64,000 nucleotides of DNA, from the NCBI GenBank assembly GCA_965240325.2, contig OZ251228.1:558001-622000 (forward strand), in the 5' to 3' direction. Every line of letters starts with the position of its first letter. Within the stretch, counting starts at the first letter, position 1. Source of the DNA: Rebecca billardiae RCC1528 (taxonomy: Eukaryota > Protista > Haptophyta). Made by a program: the position numbers and the translations under genes. The notes under the pieces were generated by a model. That model saw only the letters and a list, made by a program, of their open reading frames with translations, made no database searches and was not told the DNA's origin. This document shows, in pieces, positions 11,452 through 21,670 of this stretch.

Positions 11452-12601
11452 CGCGCTGCACGCTGCACGTGGATGGCGGAGGCAAGCAAACGATGGCGGC
11501 CGGCGGCACACGATGTGAGATGGAGTACTGTATGAGACAGCAGCAAGATTTATTCTGCTTTTATGCGCGTGCAGATTAGGACGACGACGGGAAAAAATCG
11601 CGCGCGTTGGCCGTTGGATCGGGAGAAGACTCGGTCTCGTCGGTTCTCGTCTCAGACTCGGCAGCGGAGTCGACCGTCGACTCTGCTTGCTGTCGTGACG
11701 ATCGGCGGACTGGCCACTGCGGCGACCAGCACTTGACCAGTCCTCGTCCGCCTCGTAGTAGTCGTCAGGCGTCATTCTAGCCAAGCAGAGGACTACGACG
11801 ATCATCCGCCGGCCTGAAATGACTCAGTAGTCTGAGTCTCACTCTCAGTGAGCAGATTAGATCATCATCATCAATGACGATGACTGATGGGCCTGATGGC
11901 TTCGGAATGGCATTTCAGTTCGGAGTCATAATAAGACACTTATAATACGATACTCTGGCTCATCGGCGGGCTCCTACGCCCGCTACGGCCTTACGGACTA
12001 CAGGCAATCGCGGGCAATAAGGAGCTGTCACGTTAAGAAACTGGGGCTTGCTATCTGCGGATCTGGCCTAGAAACCGAGACTAGCGATTGGCTGGTTCGC
12101 TATACGCATAGTCACACTAAGAAACCGGGACTACGTCGTCCCGGCTGACGAGTGGTCCGCCGAGGGCGAGGCGCAGTCGGCCCGTCCGGGGGACGCGGCG
12201 CGCGGCCCGACTACGAGTACAGGCCAAGTCCCGACTTCTCCTGATGACTGACTCCTGGCCAGTGCGCCGCAGCATCCATGCAACATCATGCCAGATTTGA
12301 TGCTCCAAAAAGGCCCAAAATTTTCTTCGGCCTCGCCGGCCGGGCCTAAAGACTCAGCGGGGGGCTCTGCCCCCCTGCGCCCCCCGCGCCTGCGCGGCGG
12401 GCGGGACCTAGCTAAGAAACTGAGACTCCGTAGGCGCTCGGGCTACCGAACGGCTAAGAAACCGAGGCTAGCCGTGAGATCTCTGACTTCTTATTGCCCG
12501 CGATTGTCATCTGTAGTCCCGGGGCCCGGTGCAAGTCGTGCGGCCACTGGCCGACTTGGCCGGCTGTCAGCTGCTGCTGAGAAATATATACATAGACTAC
12601 T

Positions 12602-12626
12602 GAGAGAGAGAGAGAGAGAGAGATAC

Positions 12627-12662
<36 letters not shown>
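12602..12662. repeat. (GA)n microsatellite, interrupted
   Basis: Direct reading. Confidence 0.95.
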
Positions 12663-12665
<3 letters not shown>

Positions 12666-12713
12666 ATATGAGAATGAGATGACTCACTGATGACTGATGT
12701 CTGACGAAGGCGA

Positions 12714-14057
12714 TCAGCACGTGAAGACGGCCATGATCTTGAAGGTGCACGGCTGGTGGCGGCACGAGAGCAGCCTCGCGGCGAGGACGGCGGTACTGTT
12801 GGGCCTCGCGCCCAGCTGCTCCCTCGCATCCAGGCTGAGCACGCGCGTCTGCCGCCACGGTCTCGAGCCGCGCCATGGCTCCTTGATCATGCTGCGCAGC
12901 AGGACAGCATGGCCGCTCACGCCCACGAGGGAGAGCTGGATGTCGGCGAGCTCCTTCTCGTGGCCGTAGAGGTAGGCGAGGCAAAGCCGCGGCGCGCTGC
13001 CGAAGCGCACGTCGAAGAGCAGCGCGTCGCCCTGCCCGCCGACGCCCTTGCCGTACCACCCAGGCTTGCCCGTGGCTTCCTGCGGGCTGAAGTACCAGCC
13101 GCCGTCTGCAGGGAGGCGCACACCCAGAGGCGGCGTGCGCACCGCGTCGGTGGCCTCGTACGCGACGAGCGGCGGCGAGCAGAAGCGGTGCGGCGGCGCG
13201 ATCGGCGGTGGCATCCCGTCCGACGCACCGGGCCGGTTGAGCAGCGCGCGCACCGCCTCGAAGCACACGTCGGCGATCAGCTGGTGCGAGGTCCACGGCG
13301 GGTGCGGCACGCACAGGCAGTCGTCTGACAGGAAGCAGCGCGCGCTGCCGCGGGTCCAGCCCAGGTCCCAGTCGCGCACGACCGCGCCGTAGCGCACGTG
13401 CGGTATTCCGTAGTGCGCCGCCACCCTGGCGTACGACTCGATCGCGCCGGGGAACGTCTCCACCAGCAGAATCGCCACATTCGGGTGTTCGTTGAAGAGC
13501 CATCGAATCAGGCTCTCGACCGCGCCCTCGAGCGCGGCGATGTCTGCCGGGTCGCCGCCGTCGAGGAGGTGCGCGTCGTTGGCGGAGTGGTCTATCAGCA
13601 GCAGCGCGGGCTCCCCGCCCACCGTGTGCGGCCGCAGCCACCGCGGCAGGAATGGCAGCACACCGCTCGTCGTCACGCCGCCGCTCGCCAGCGAGACAAA
13701 CTCGACGGGCGCGCAGCGCGCGGAGAGGGACTCCGCCAAGCGCGACGCGTACGTGCACTTCTCGCGCCGGCGCTTCCCGTCGTTGCAGTCCATCCCGACC
13801 AGCATCGAGCCGCCCGTCACCAGCAGCTTGGGGCGCTCGCCGATCGTGAGCGCGCTCGCGAAATGCTGCCATGCCTGGCTCTGCGCGGGTAGCATCCACG
13901 TGGAGTGGAGCGCGCCCGCGTGAGTGTCGAGCGCCGCTGACGCGTTCATCTTGTGCGGCAGCCTGACGGTGTGGATGGGTGGGCCGGACGTGCACGCAGG
14001 CAGCGGGTCGCCGGCTTGCGCGAGCGCGGCCGCGATGAGCAGGGGCGCCGCCATCAT
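12714..14057 (-). CDS. Secreted SGNH/GDSL-hydrolase-like protein
   Basis: Signal peptide MMAAPLLIAAALAQA. SGNH-like blocks in the correct order: LVTGGSM, SLASGG, IDHSAND, VPHP. Confidence 0.6.
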   Translation of the reverse strand: MMAAPLLIAAALAQAGDPLPACTSGPPIHTVRLPHKMNASAALDTHAGALHSTWMLPAQSQAWQHFASALTIGERPKLLVTGGSMLVGMDCNDGKRRREKCTYASRLAESLSARCAPVEFVSLASGGVTTSGVLPFLPRWLRPHTVGGEPALLLIDHSANDAHLLDGGDPADIAALEGAVESLIRWLFNEHPNVAILLVETFPGAIESYARVAAHYGIPHVRYGAVVRDWDLGWTRGSARCFLSDDCLCVPHPPWTSHQLIADVCFEAVRALLNRPGASDGMPPPIAPPHRFCSPPLVAYEATDAVRTPPLGVRLPADGGWYFSPQEATGKPGWYGKGVGGQGDALLFDVRFGSAPRLCLAYLYGHEKELADIQLSLVGVSGHAVLLRSMIKEPWRGSRPWRQTRVLSLDAREQLGARPNSTAVLAARLLSCRHQPCTFKIMAVFTC

Positions 14058-14092
14058 GGCCACCTGGAAACCAGCACGGCAAAAGTCGAGCC

Positions 14093-14510
14093 ATGGCGCC
14101 GCCGATGTCGGGCGGCGGCGCGAACCGGCATCGTGCCGATGAGCACCACACGGGGTCGCGGGCGATGCACTGGTCGGCTCGCCGCATGCTCGTTGTCGTC
14201 GCCGCGGTGCTCTTCGCCTACCTCTGCGCGGACGTCCTGCTCTTCCCCACAGAGCGACTTGTCTCGCGCGAGTCCGCGCAGGAGGCGTCTGCGATCGGCG
14301 CAGCGGCGCACAACGACGACGACAGCCCGGGCGATGATGAGGTCCCGCCCCCCGAGGCGGCCGCGCGCGAGGACACCGCGCTCACGTCGGTCCCTGGCGG
14401 CGGCGACGACGAGGATGGAGAGCGTGGCAAGGACCTCGACGTCGCCGCGTCACCTGCCGCCACGAGCGCTGTCGCGAGCGCTGCTCCGCCGCGCACAGCG
14501 TCTCCCGCGC

Positions 14511-14548
<38 letters not shown>

Positions 14549-15886
14549 GCCACTCACAACGGCGCTCACGACGACGCGGGCCCGAGCGAGCAGACCCCCG
14601 CCGAGATGCAGGCCGAGCTGCACGCGTGGTTCAGCCGGCACGGCATCTACATCCCGGCGGGCAATGACTGCTCTCAAGAGTCTCTGATTCAGCAGCTCGT
14701 GCCGCTGTGGGGCACGCGCACGCCGCGCGTGATGGTCGACCTGGGCAGCCACCCGGCGTTCGGCGACATCCAGCAGTACAACGACGCGCTCATCTTCATG
14801 GAGTACTTCCACGCGGGCGGCGCGGGCGGCGCCGTGCTCGCCGTCGACGCGATGCCCGAGTTCGCCGAGGACGTGCGGCTGCGGATGGAGCAGGCCGCGC
14901 CCTACGCCGGCATGCGCGCGGTGCGCAAGCTGTCGCTCGGCGCGTGGGTGGACAACACGGACGCGTTCGACGACGGCGCGCCCAACTTCAACCTCACGCT
15001 CGACCGTCAGATGGGGTACTGCCTGGTGGGCCACTCGTTCGACCACCTGGTGAAGTACTGCGAGCTCGAGCGCGCGGGCCGGCCCGAGCACATGTGCCGA
15101 GTCGTGCGGCAGAGGCATCGGGTTGTGTGTGAGCCGGGCAGCACGGGCGCGCAGCCGCAGAGCTACATGGGGTACAAGGAGGCGCTCAACGAGGTGCGCA
15201 GCCTGCCGAGGCGCACCATCGACTCGCTGTGGCGGCGCGAGCTCGGCGGCATGCACATTGACCTGCTCAAGATCGACATCGACGCCGGCTGGCACCTGTA
15301 CGGCCGCGGGATGGCGGCCGTGCTGCGCGAGCGCGCCGCGTCGCTGCTGGTGATCGAGGCCGACCGCACATGGGCCGAGCTGGCCGACGGCACCGCCGCG
15401 CGGCCGGCCGAGGTGGTGCGCGAGTTCGTGGGGATGTGCGCGGCCCGCGGGTACCGTGTGTACCTCAAGGTGCCGTGCGCGCTCGCCGTGCTCCGCAGGT
15501 GCCGCAAGAAGCACTTCAAGTTCGGCACCTGCTCGTACGACGAGCAGCGTAACCGCACGATCGGCGTCGAGCGCTTCCTGCGGCTTCGGCCGGGGCGTGA
15601 GGACCAGCTGCCGCGCGGGCTGCGACTGCAGCAGGACTTGCTGCTCGTGGACGAGCGCCAAGTCGAGCTGGCCGCGCTCTTCGATCGAGTCGGGCCGGTG
15701 TGCCCGCGCACTCCACCGCCCCAGCCAGTGTGGCCGGCCTTTGCTCGAGACGTGCTTCGACCGGCGCCGTCATCAGCCGTCGCTGCGGCATCCAGCACGT
15801 CCGGCACTGCCACGAGCGCCGTCACCGCATCGGCATCCGACGCCACTGGGCGTCGTCGCAATGCGCTGCGGCAATACCGCAGGTAG
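14093..15886 (+). CDS. Type II membrane FkbM-like SAM-dependent methyltransferase (paralog 1)
   Basis: N-terminal TM segment (MLVVVAAVLFAYLCADVLLF), Ala/Pro/Asp stem, then VMVDLGSHPAFG, VLAVD and TIDSL..IDLLKIDID, resembling FkbM motifs. The start could be 14093, 14105 or 14165. Confidence 0.6.
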
Positions 15887-16942
15887 CACGCCGGTGAGAC
15901 GCGTGACGCCGACAGTCCGTGACGCGCGCGCGGATCTGATGATGACGATGACATATACGAAGGATGTATGTATGTATGTATGCATATATAGGCTCCGGTC
16001 ACTGTCCGGGACGTCCAGCAGGGGTGCATTCAGACTCTCTGGGGGGGTCTGGGGGGGGGCTCCCCCCAGCCGATCGAAGGACCAAATACGCCTCAATAAG
16101 GCCCCCAACTCGCCCGAGAATTCGCATAGCAGACCGCAGTGAGACCGTGTTCGCTGGTGTTGGCTGAGGGCTGCGTCGTGCGGCGTCGGCTCTGCGCCGG
16201 GCTGCCATGACGCATTGCACACAGCCCCAATATTGGCGCCTCCCTCGCGAGTCAAGACGTAGCGTAGTGCAGGATCGAGCAACGCATTGACCGCTGCGGC
16301 GCACCGCGCAGGCCACGCCGCACCTTCGCACTCGCGAACAAGCTCTGAGCCAGCCAGCTGTGGCAGTCCTCTGAGGAGCTGCAGCCAAGCACGAGCTCGT
16401 GCGCATACCCGTGGCACTACGAGCTGACGGCGCGGCCCGGGGCGCGAGCAGCTAGAAGCCGACAAGCTCATGCGCACGCCCGCACCGCCGCGAGGTGTGG
16501 CCGCCGGCGCGAGCAGCTCGACGCGGACAGCGCGCGGCTTGCTCGAGTCGACGAGCAGCTTCTCGCCCATCGGTGACTCTCAGTGCACGAAGGTGCACCC
16601 GAGGCGCGAGCGCGACAGGGTGCCGCGGCCAACCAGCGGATGCGCCCGGATCAAGGCCTCCAAGACGTCTCGTCTCCTCGCCCGCTCGGCGGCGCTCCAT
16701 CGTGCGAGAGACCGGTCCGGGAGCCCAAAAAAAAGTTCAGCACGATGGAGTCCTCCGTGTTCGACTGTGACGACGCGTTCAAGGACAAGGAAACGTACGA
16801 AATCGTCTGCGGCTTCGGTTTTGAACCTGCGGCTTCGTCCGCCGCCCCGGAGATCTTTCGATTGGTACCCTCATCGCTCCCTGGCTCCCAGGGGTTCGTC
16901 TAAATGCACCCCCCCCATAGGGTCAGTGGACGTCCCTGACTA

Positions 16943-18880
16943 CCAGGTCGTTCCCCCTGCACTGGGAATCCGCGGTTTGGACATACGAGAAAAACAGCCG
17001 CAGGACGCACCCGTCGCTACCCGCGAATAAGATTTTCACGTCTCGCGGGTGCGGATGTGCGTCAATCGATGAGCTGGTCTCGCAATCCCAAAATTGAGCC
17101 GCAACGAGATAGAGGGTGCAGGGAGCCCCCGGTGGCGGCTCGGCAGGCGAGGGCCGACCAAATCTTGACATTTGCCCTCGGCGGCAGGGGCAGCGGCGAA
17201 GGCCGGCCGAGCGCCGTTGGCGGGGCGCGCCCGGGGCACGGCGCTGCGGGCGCGGATGTGCTCGCGGAGCCGGCTTGCGTGGACAGGCTGTTGCGGGAGA
17301 GTATATGGCGCCCTCCTGCGCCGCGCGTCTCGCGCCACGCCTCTTTTCGCCGCGGCTCAGGGCAGCGCGCACGCGCGCGCCGCCTCGGAGGCCAGGCCAC
17401 CGTGCCGCGCCGCAGCCGCAACCGCGCGCGCGCCGTGCGCGGCGTGGTCTGGAAGGAACGGGGGGTGCTGCCGGGCGATATGACGACATCATGTGCGCAC
17501 GCCATGCCGCCCCGCGGCGCCGCGAACGGGCACGATAACGGATCCGCACAGCTGTTGACGAGTGCTGATTTCTTGTCGTGCCTGAAGCCAGACCTCGGAC
17601 GGCTCGAAGAAGATGATGAAAGTGCATCCGCGCGAGGAAAGCGTCGCACCCAGCACTTCTACACGACCACGCGGTGATGAACATTCATGTAAGAGTATCC
17701 CGCGTGCCCGCTTGGCACTGTTCTGTGTCTCAATGATCGTCCCGACAAGGGCCACGACCCGCGAGGCCGTGCACACCATTCATAGTGTGACAACTCGAAG
17801 AGGCGTGCAAACGGACCAGCGACACGCTCGGCAAGGTGTGGTGGGGCGGCATGGCGTGCGCACATGATATCGCCATCTCGCCCGGCAGCCGCGCCCGTTC
17901 CTTCCCGACCACGCCGCGCACGGCGCGCGCGCGGTCGGCTGGCGGCGCGGGCAAGGCTGGCCTCGGAGGCGGCGCGCGCGTGCGCGCTGCCCTGAGCCGA
18001 GGCGAAAGAGGCGTGGCGCAAGTCGCGCGGTGCAGGAGGGCGGCAGATACTCTCCCGCAACAGCCCGTCCACGCACGCCGGCTCCGCAAGCACATCCGCG
18101 CCCGCAGCGCCCTGGCCCGGGCGCGCCCCCCAGCGGTCAGGCGACCGCGAGGCCGTGCACACCATTTGTGACAACTCGAAGAGGCGTGCAAACGGACAAG
18201 CGACACGCTCGGCAAGGCGTGGCGGGGCGGCATGGCGTGCGCACATGATATCGCCATCTCGCCCGGCAGCCGCGCCCGTTCCTTCCCGACCACGCCGCGC
18301 ACGGCGCGCGCGCGGTCGGCTGCGGCGCAGGCAAGGCTGGCCTCGGAGGCGGCGCGCGCGTGCGCGCTGCCCTGAGCCGAGGCGAAAGAGGCGTGGCGCA
18401 AGTCGCGCGGCGCAGGAGGGCGGCAGATACTCTCCCGCAACAGCCCGTCCACGCACGCCGGCTCCGCAAGCACATCCGCGCCCGCAGCGCCATGGCCCGG
18501 GCGCGCCCCCCAGCGCCGGGCCAGCTGCATCGCACTCGCCGCCCAGCCGCAGGGGGCGGGTCAGAATCGGTGCTCCGCACCCGCGGGAGGGCTCCCGCCG
18601 CTCCGGTTGCACGCGAAGAACTCATTTCCAGCGCATCGATTTCGTGAGCGGACTATCGCTGACGAGGCTGATTACTGCGTTCCACGGCTTTGCCGCGCTC
18701 GGGATTTGGCTTCTCCAATGGATGGATGTAGTTTCGTCATTTTCAATTGGAAAGCTCGATTAGATCGTTCAAGTGGTCTGATTAGAGCAAGCGGAAGACT
18801 AAATCTGCGTTGCTATGCCGCGGCCTCGCGCTCTGAATAGTGCGAAACCGCGGATTCCCAGTGCAGGGGGAACGACCTGG
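16943..18880. mobile_element. Non-autonomous Tc1/mariner-like element (1938 bp) with 36-bp perfect TIRs and TA target duplication
   Basis: TA|CCAGGTCGTTCCCCCTGCACTGGGAATCCGCGGTTT at 16941-16978, with the exact reverse complement followed by TA at 18845-18882. Internal ~300-bp inverted homology. No DDE ORF recognised. Confidence 0.85.
17760..18516. repeat. Tandem duplication of a ~386-bp unit inside the TIR element; a diverged inverted copy lies at ~17217-17516
   Basis: CGCGAGGCCGTGCACACCATT starts both units (17760, 18146), and the units are nearly identical. Confidence 0.9.
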
Positions 18881-19194
18881 TATGTGGCTGGAGCCTATAT
18901 ATATATATATATATGCTTAGTATAGCGCAGGTTTTATTATATATATATTGACGATCGATCATATGCGCTGATGAGTAGATGCAGCAAGTTTTCAATACGC
19001 GCCGCAGGCTTCGAATAATTCGTCGATGATGATGATGAGCGCGCGCCGCCAAAGCCGCAGCATGCATCGTCACAGATCGTCTGCCGCACCGTACGGTACT
19101 ACTACTATACGCGCGCGACAGACCGCTGTTGCGGGACGCGGGACGCTGCTGACATCATAAGCTGATGCGGTTAGCCTCGCCATGCATGCAAGCT

Positions 19195-21501
19195 TCAGGC
19201 CTGGCTGCCAGCGGATGCCTGTGCCGGATGAGCAGGACTGGCGAGCAGGTGCGCGTCGTAGCGCGCGGCTCGCGCAGCCTCCGCGCGTGCCTCTGCGAGC
19301 GCTCCGCTCGGCGGCGCCGCGCCGGCTCCAACCATGCCCAGCTGGCGGGCCCGACGAGCGAGCGGCTCGGCCGCGCGTGCAGCGTCGCGCACGTGCGCCA
19401 TGAGCGCGCGCATCGAGCGCACCGCCTCCTCGCGCTGCCGATCGCTGACAGAAGGGCCGGCGCGTGGCTGGGCCGCCATGGCGGCGGCTGCGCGCGCCGC
19501 GCCGCGCGCGTCGGCGGCGTCCCCGCGTGCGACCGCCTGCTCCGCCGCCGCCCTCGCGGCGCGGAGCGCGTCGTCGTCGCCATCGGGCTGCAGCAGGCCC
19601 CACAGCTCCGCGTCCGACGCCGCGACGCTCAGGTAGCCAGCCACGTCCAACTCCTCACCGGACGGCCTAACCTCGACCGCTCGCGCGTACGCGGCGAGCA
19701 CGGCCGACGCGACCCGCCGGTCAGACGCGGCGCCCTGCCCGAGCACGCGCAGCACGTGCGCGCGGCCCGCGCGCGCGATCGCCGACGCGTGCGCCGCGCC
19801 CTCCGCCTCGCACCAGCGCAGGCGCTCGGCGAGGTCGGAGGCGTCGCGACGCAGGGGCACGTAGTGCACCCACGGCTTCAGAAGGGACTCAAGGAGAACG
19901 GTCTCGACCGTCGGCGGCGCCATGAGCACGACGGACTGGGTCAGGAGCGCCCACTTGAGGTTGGTCGCGACGTCGTTGCCCTCGACGGAGAGCACGTACT
20001 TGCACGCGGCCTGCTGCTCGAGCCGCAGCGGCGGGCGCACAAAGCGCGCGTGGTGCGCCGCGCCCTCCACGCCGCCCGCCGCGCTCACGAGATTGTCATC
20101 TCGCGCCCTCGCCTCCTGCACCACCTCTGAGTAGCCAACGTCGATGAGCACGCCGTGGGCGGAGGGCATGGGGCCGGAGGTGGCGTGGCCCCAGCGCTCG
20201 ACGAGCAGCCGGCGCGGCGGCGTGCGCTGCGGATCAAGCGCGCCGCCGTCCCAGCCCCAGCCGTCGACCCCGCGCCCCGTGGTCGTCCCGCGCCACACGG
20301 CGCACGCGCCGCGCGCCTCGAAGCTCGGCCACGCGGCTGATGCCTCGTAGGCGCGCGCTTTGGCGAGCTCGTCGCGGTGGCGCTCGTGGTTCAGGGGGAG
20401 CAGCACGGAGAGCGCCGGCGCGCCGATCAGCCTCGCCTTCGCCAGCACGGGCAGCGGCATCGTCGGGAACGGCCGGTCGCCCGGCGCCCACAGCCACAGC
20501 CGCTGCCGCCACGCAGCTGGCGGCGCCGACTCAGCGCGCTGCGCTCGCGCGCGCTCATCGCTCAGCGCTCGCGCGAGCACGCAGGCGAGGTCCGCGGCGT
20601 ACTGCGCCTGCTGCGGGTGCTTGGTGCTGGGCACCGTGCTGCACGCCCGCAGCGCCGGGAGCGTGAGCGCGGCGACCGTGTCCGTCGAGCACTCAGGCTC
20701 GCCGCGCGCCGTGCGGAGCATCCAAGCCGCGGCCGGCACCGCGAGCGGCAGGCGGCGCGCGACGCGCACCGCGGCCGCGTCGCCAGCCTCGGCAAGCGCG
20801 GCGAGGGAGGAGCTGTGCGCGGCGCGCGCGTCGTCGGCGGCAAGCAGCACGCCCAGGTGCCCGAGGTAGCCCGCGACGCGCGCGCGCTCGTCGGCGCTCA
20901 GCTCTGTCGCGGCGTCCGGCGCGGCCGGTGGCAGGCTGTTGTCCGGGTCGCTCGCCCAGTCTGCGTCGGCGTCGTGCGCGCAGATGGGCCAGAGCTGGGG
21001 CGACGCGTCCGTCAGGTTGCACACGCCCTCGGTCACCGCGCCGAGCCTCGAGTCCCACGCCAGCGACGCCAGCCACTCGACGAGCTCCGACACGCTCGCG
21101 CCAACGCTCACGTTGGCAGCCTGGGCTCGCGCGGCGCTCGCGCGCACGCCGCGCTTGAACTCGAAGAGCGTGGTGTTGCACGGCTTGCCGTAGAGCTCGG
21201 GCCAGCGGGATGGGTACAGCAGCCGGCAGCCGAGCGCCGGCTCGACGGCTGCCTCCCGGAGCGCCGCGAACGCTGGCGCCGCGCCAAAGTCCAGCCTGCA
21301 GCCGGCGCTGAATGGCGCGGCCGCGCGTGCGCGCAGCGCGCTGGCGGATTGGCGCTCGGCGTCTTCGCGCGCGCTGCGCCTGGAGAGGTAGATGAGGTTG
21401 GCCGCAAGCGCGCACAGCAGAAGCAGCGCGACGACCGCCGCTTCGACGGGCCAGCGCTGGCCGAACGGCCGTCGTCTCGGGCGCGGACGGTGCGCCGCCA
21501 T
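19195..21501 (-). CDS. Glycosyltransferase family 90 (CAP10/POGLUT-like), type II membrane protein
   Basis: N-terminal TM segment. GT90 motifs AVWRGTTTG, KYVLSVEGNDVATNLKWAL...SVVL and LKPWVHYVPL. Confidence 0.85.
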   Translation of the reverse strand: MAAHRPRPRRRPFGQRWPVEAAVVALLLLCALAANLIYLSRRSAREDAERQSASALRARAAAPFSAGCRLDFGAAPAFAALREAAVEPALGCRLLYPSRWPELYGKPCNTTLFEFKRGVRASAARAQAANVSVGASVSELVEWLASLAWDSRLGAVTEGVCNLTDASPQLWPICAHDADADWASDPDNSLPPAAPDAATELSADERARVAGYLGHLGVLLAADDARAAHSSSLAALAEAGDAAAVRVARRLPLAVPAAAWMLRTARGEPECSTDTVAALTLPALRACSTVPSTKHPQQAQYAADLACVLARALSDERARAQRAESAPPAAWRQRLWLWAPGDRPFPTMPLPVLAKARLIGAPALSVLLPLNHERHRDELAKARAYEASAAWPSFEARGACAVWRGTTTGRGVDGWGWDGGALDPQRTPPRRLLVERWGHATSGPMPSAHGVLIDVGYSEVVQEARARDDNLVSAAGGVEGAAHHARFVRPPLRLEQQAACKYVLSVEGNDVATNLKWALLTQSVVLMAPPTVETVLLESLLKPWVHYVPLRRDASDLAERLRWCEAEGAAHASAIARAGRAHVLRVLGQGAASDRRVASAVLAAYARAVEVRPSGEELDVAGYLSVAASDAELWGLLQPDGDDDALRAARAAAEQAVARGDAADARGAARAAAAMAAQPRAGPSVSDRQREEAVRSMRALMAHVRDAARAAEPLARRARQLGMVGAGAAPPSGALAEARAEAARAARYDAHLLASPAHPAQASAGSQA

Positions 21502-21670
21502 CTTTCTGGGCGATGCCGGCTTTTGTTTTTCTCATGCCGCCCGATATTCTCATCGTCGATTTGAGCCGTTGAGCGAGCCCACTCGCGAGCACGGCCGACG
21601 CCGCCACACCGCCGCCGTGCTAGGTGCGTGGCAGGCTGGCAGCCGCTGGTGCGGGCCCCTGCCGCTCAGG

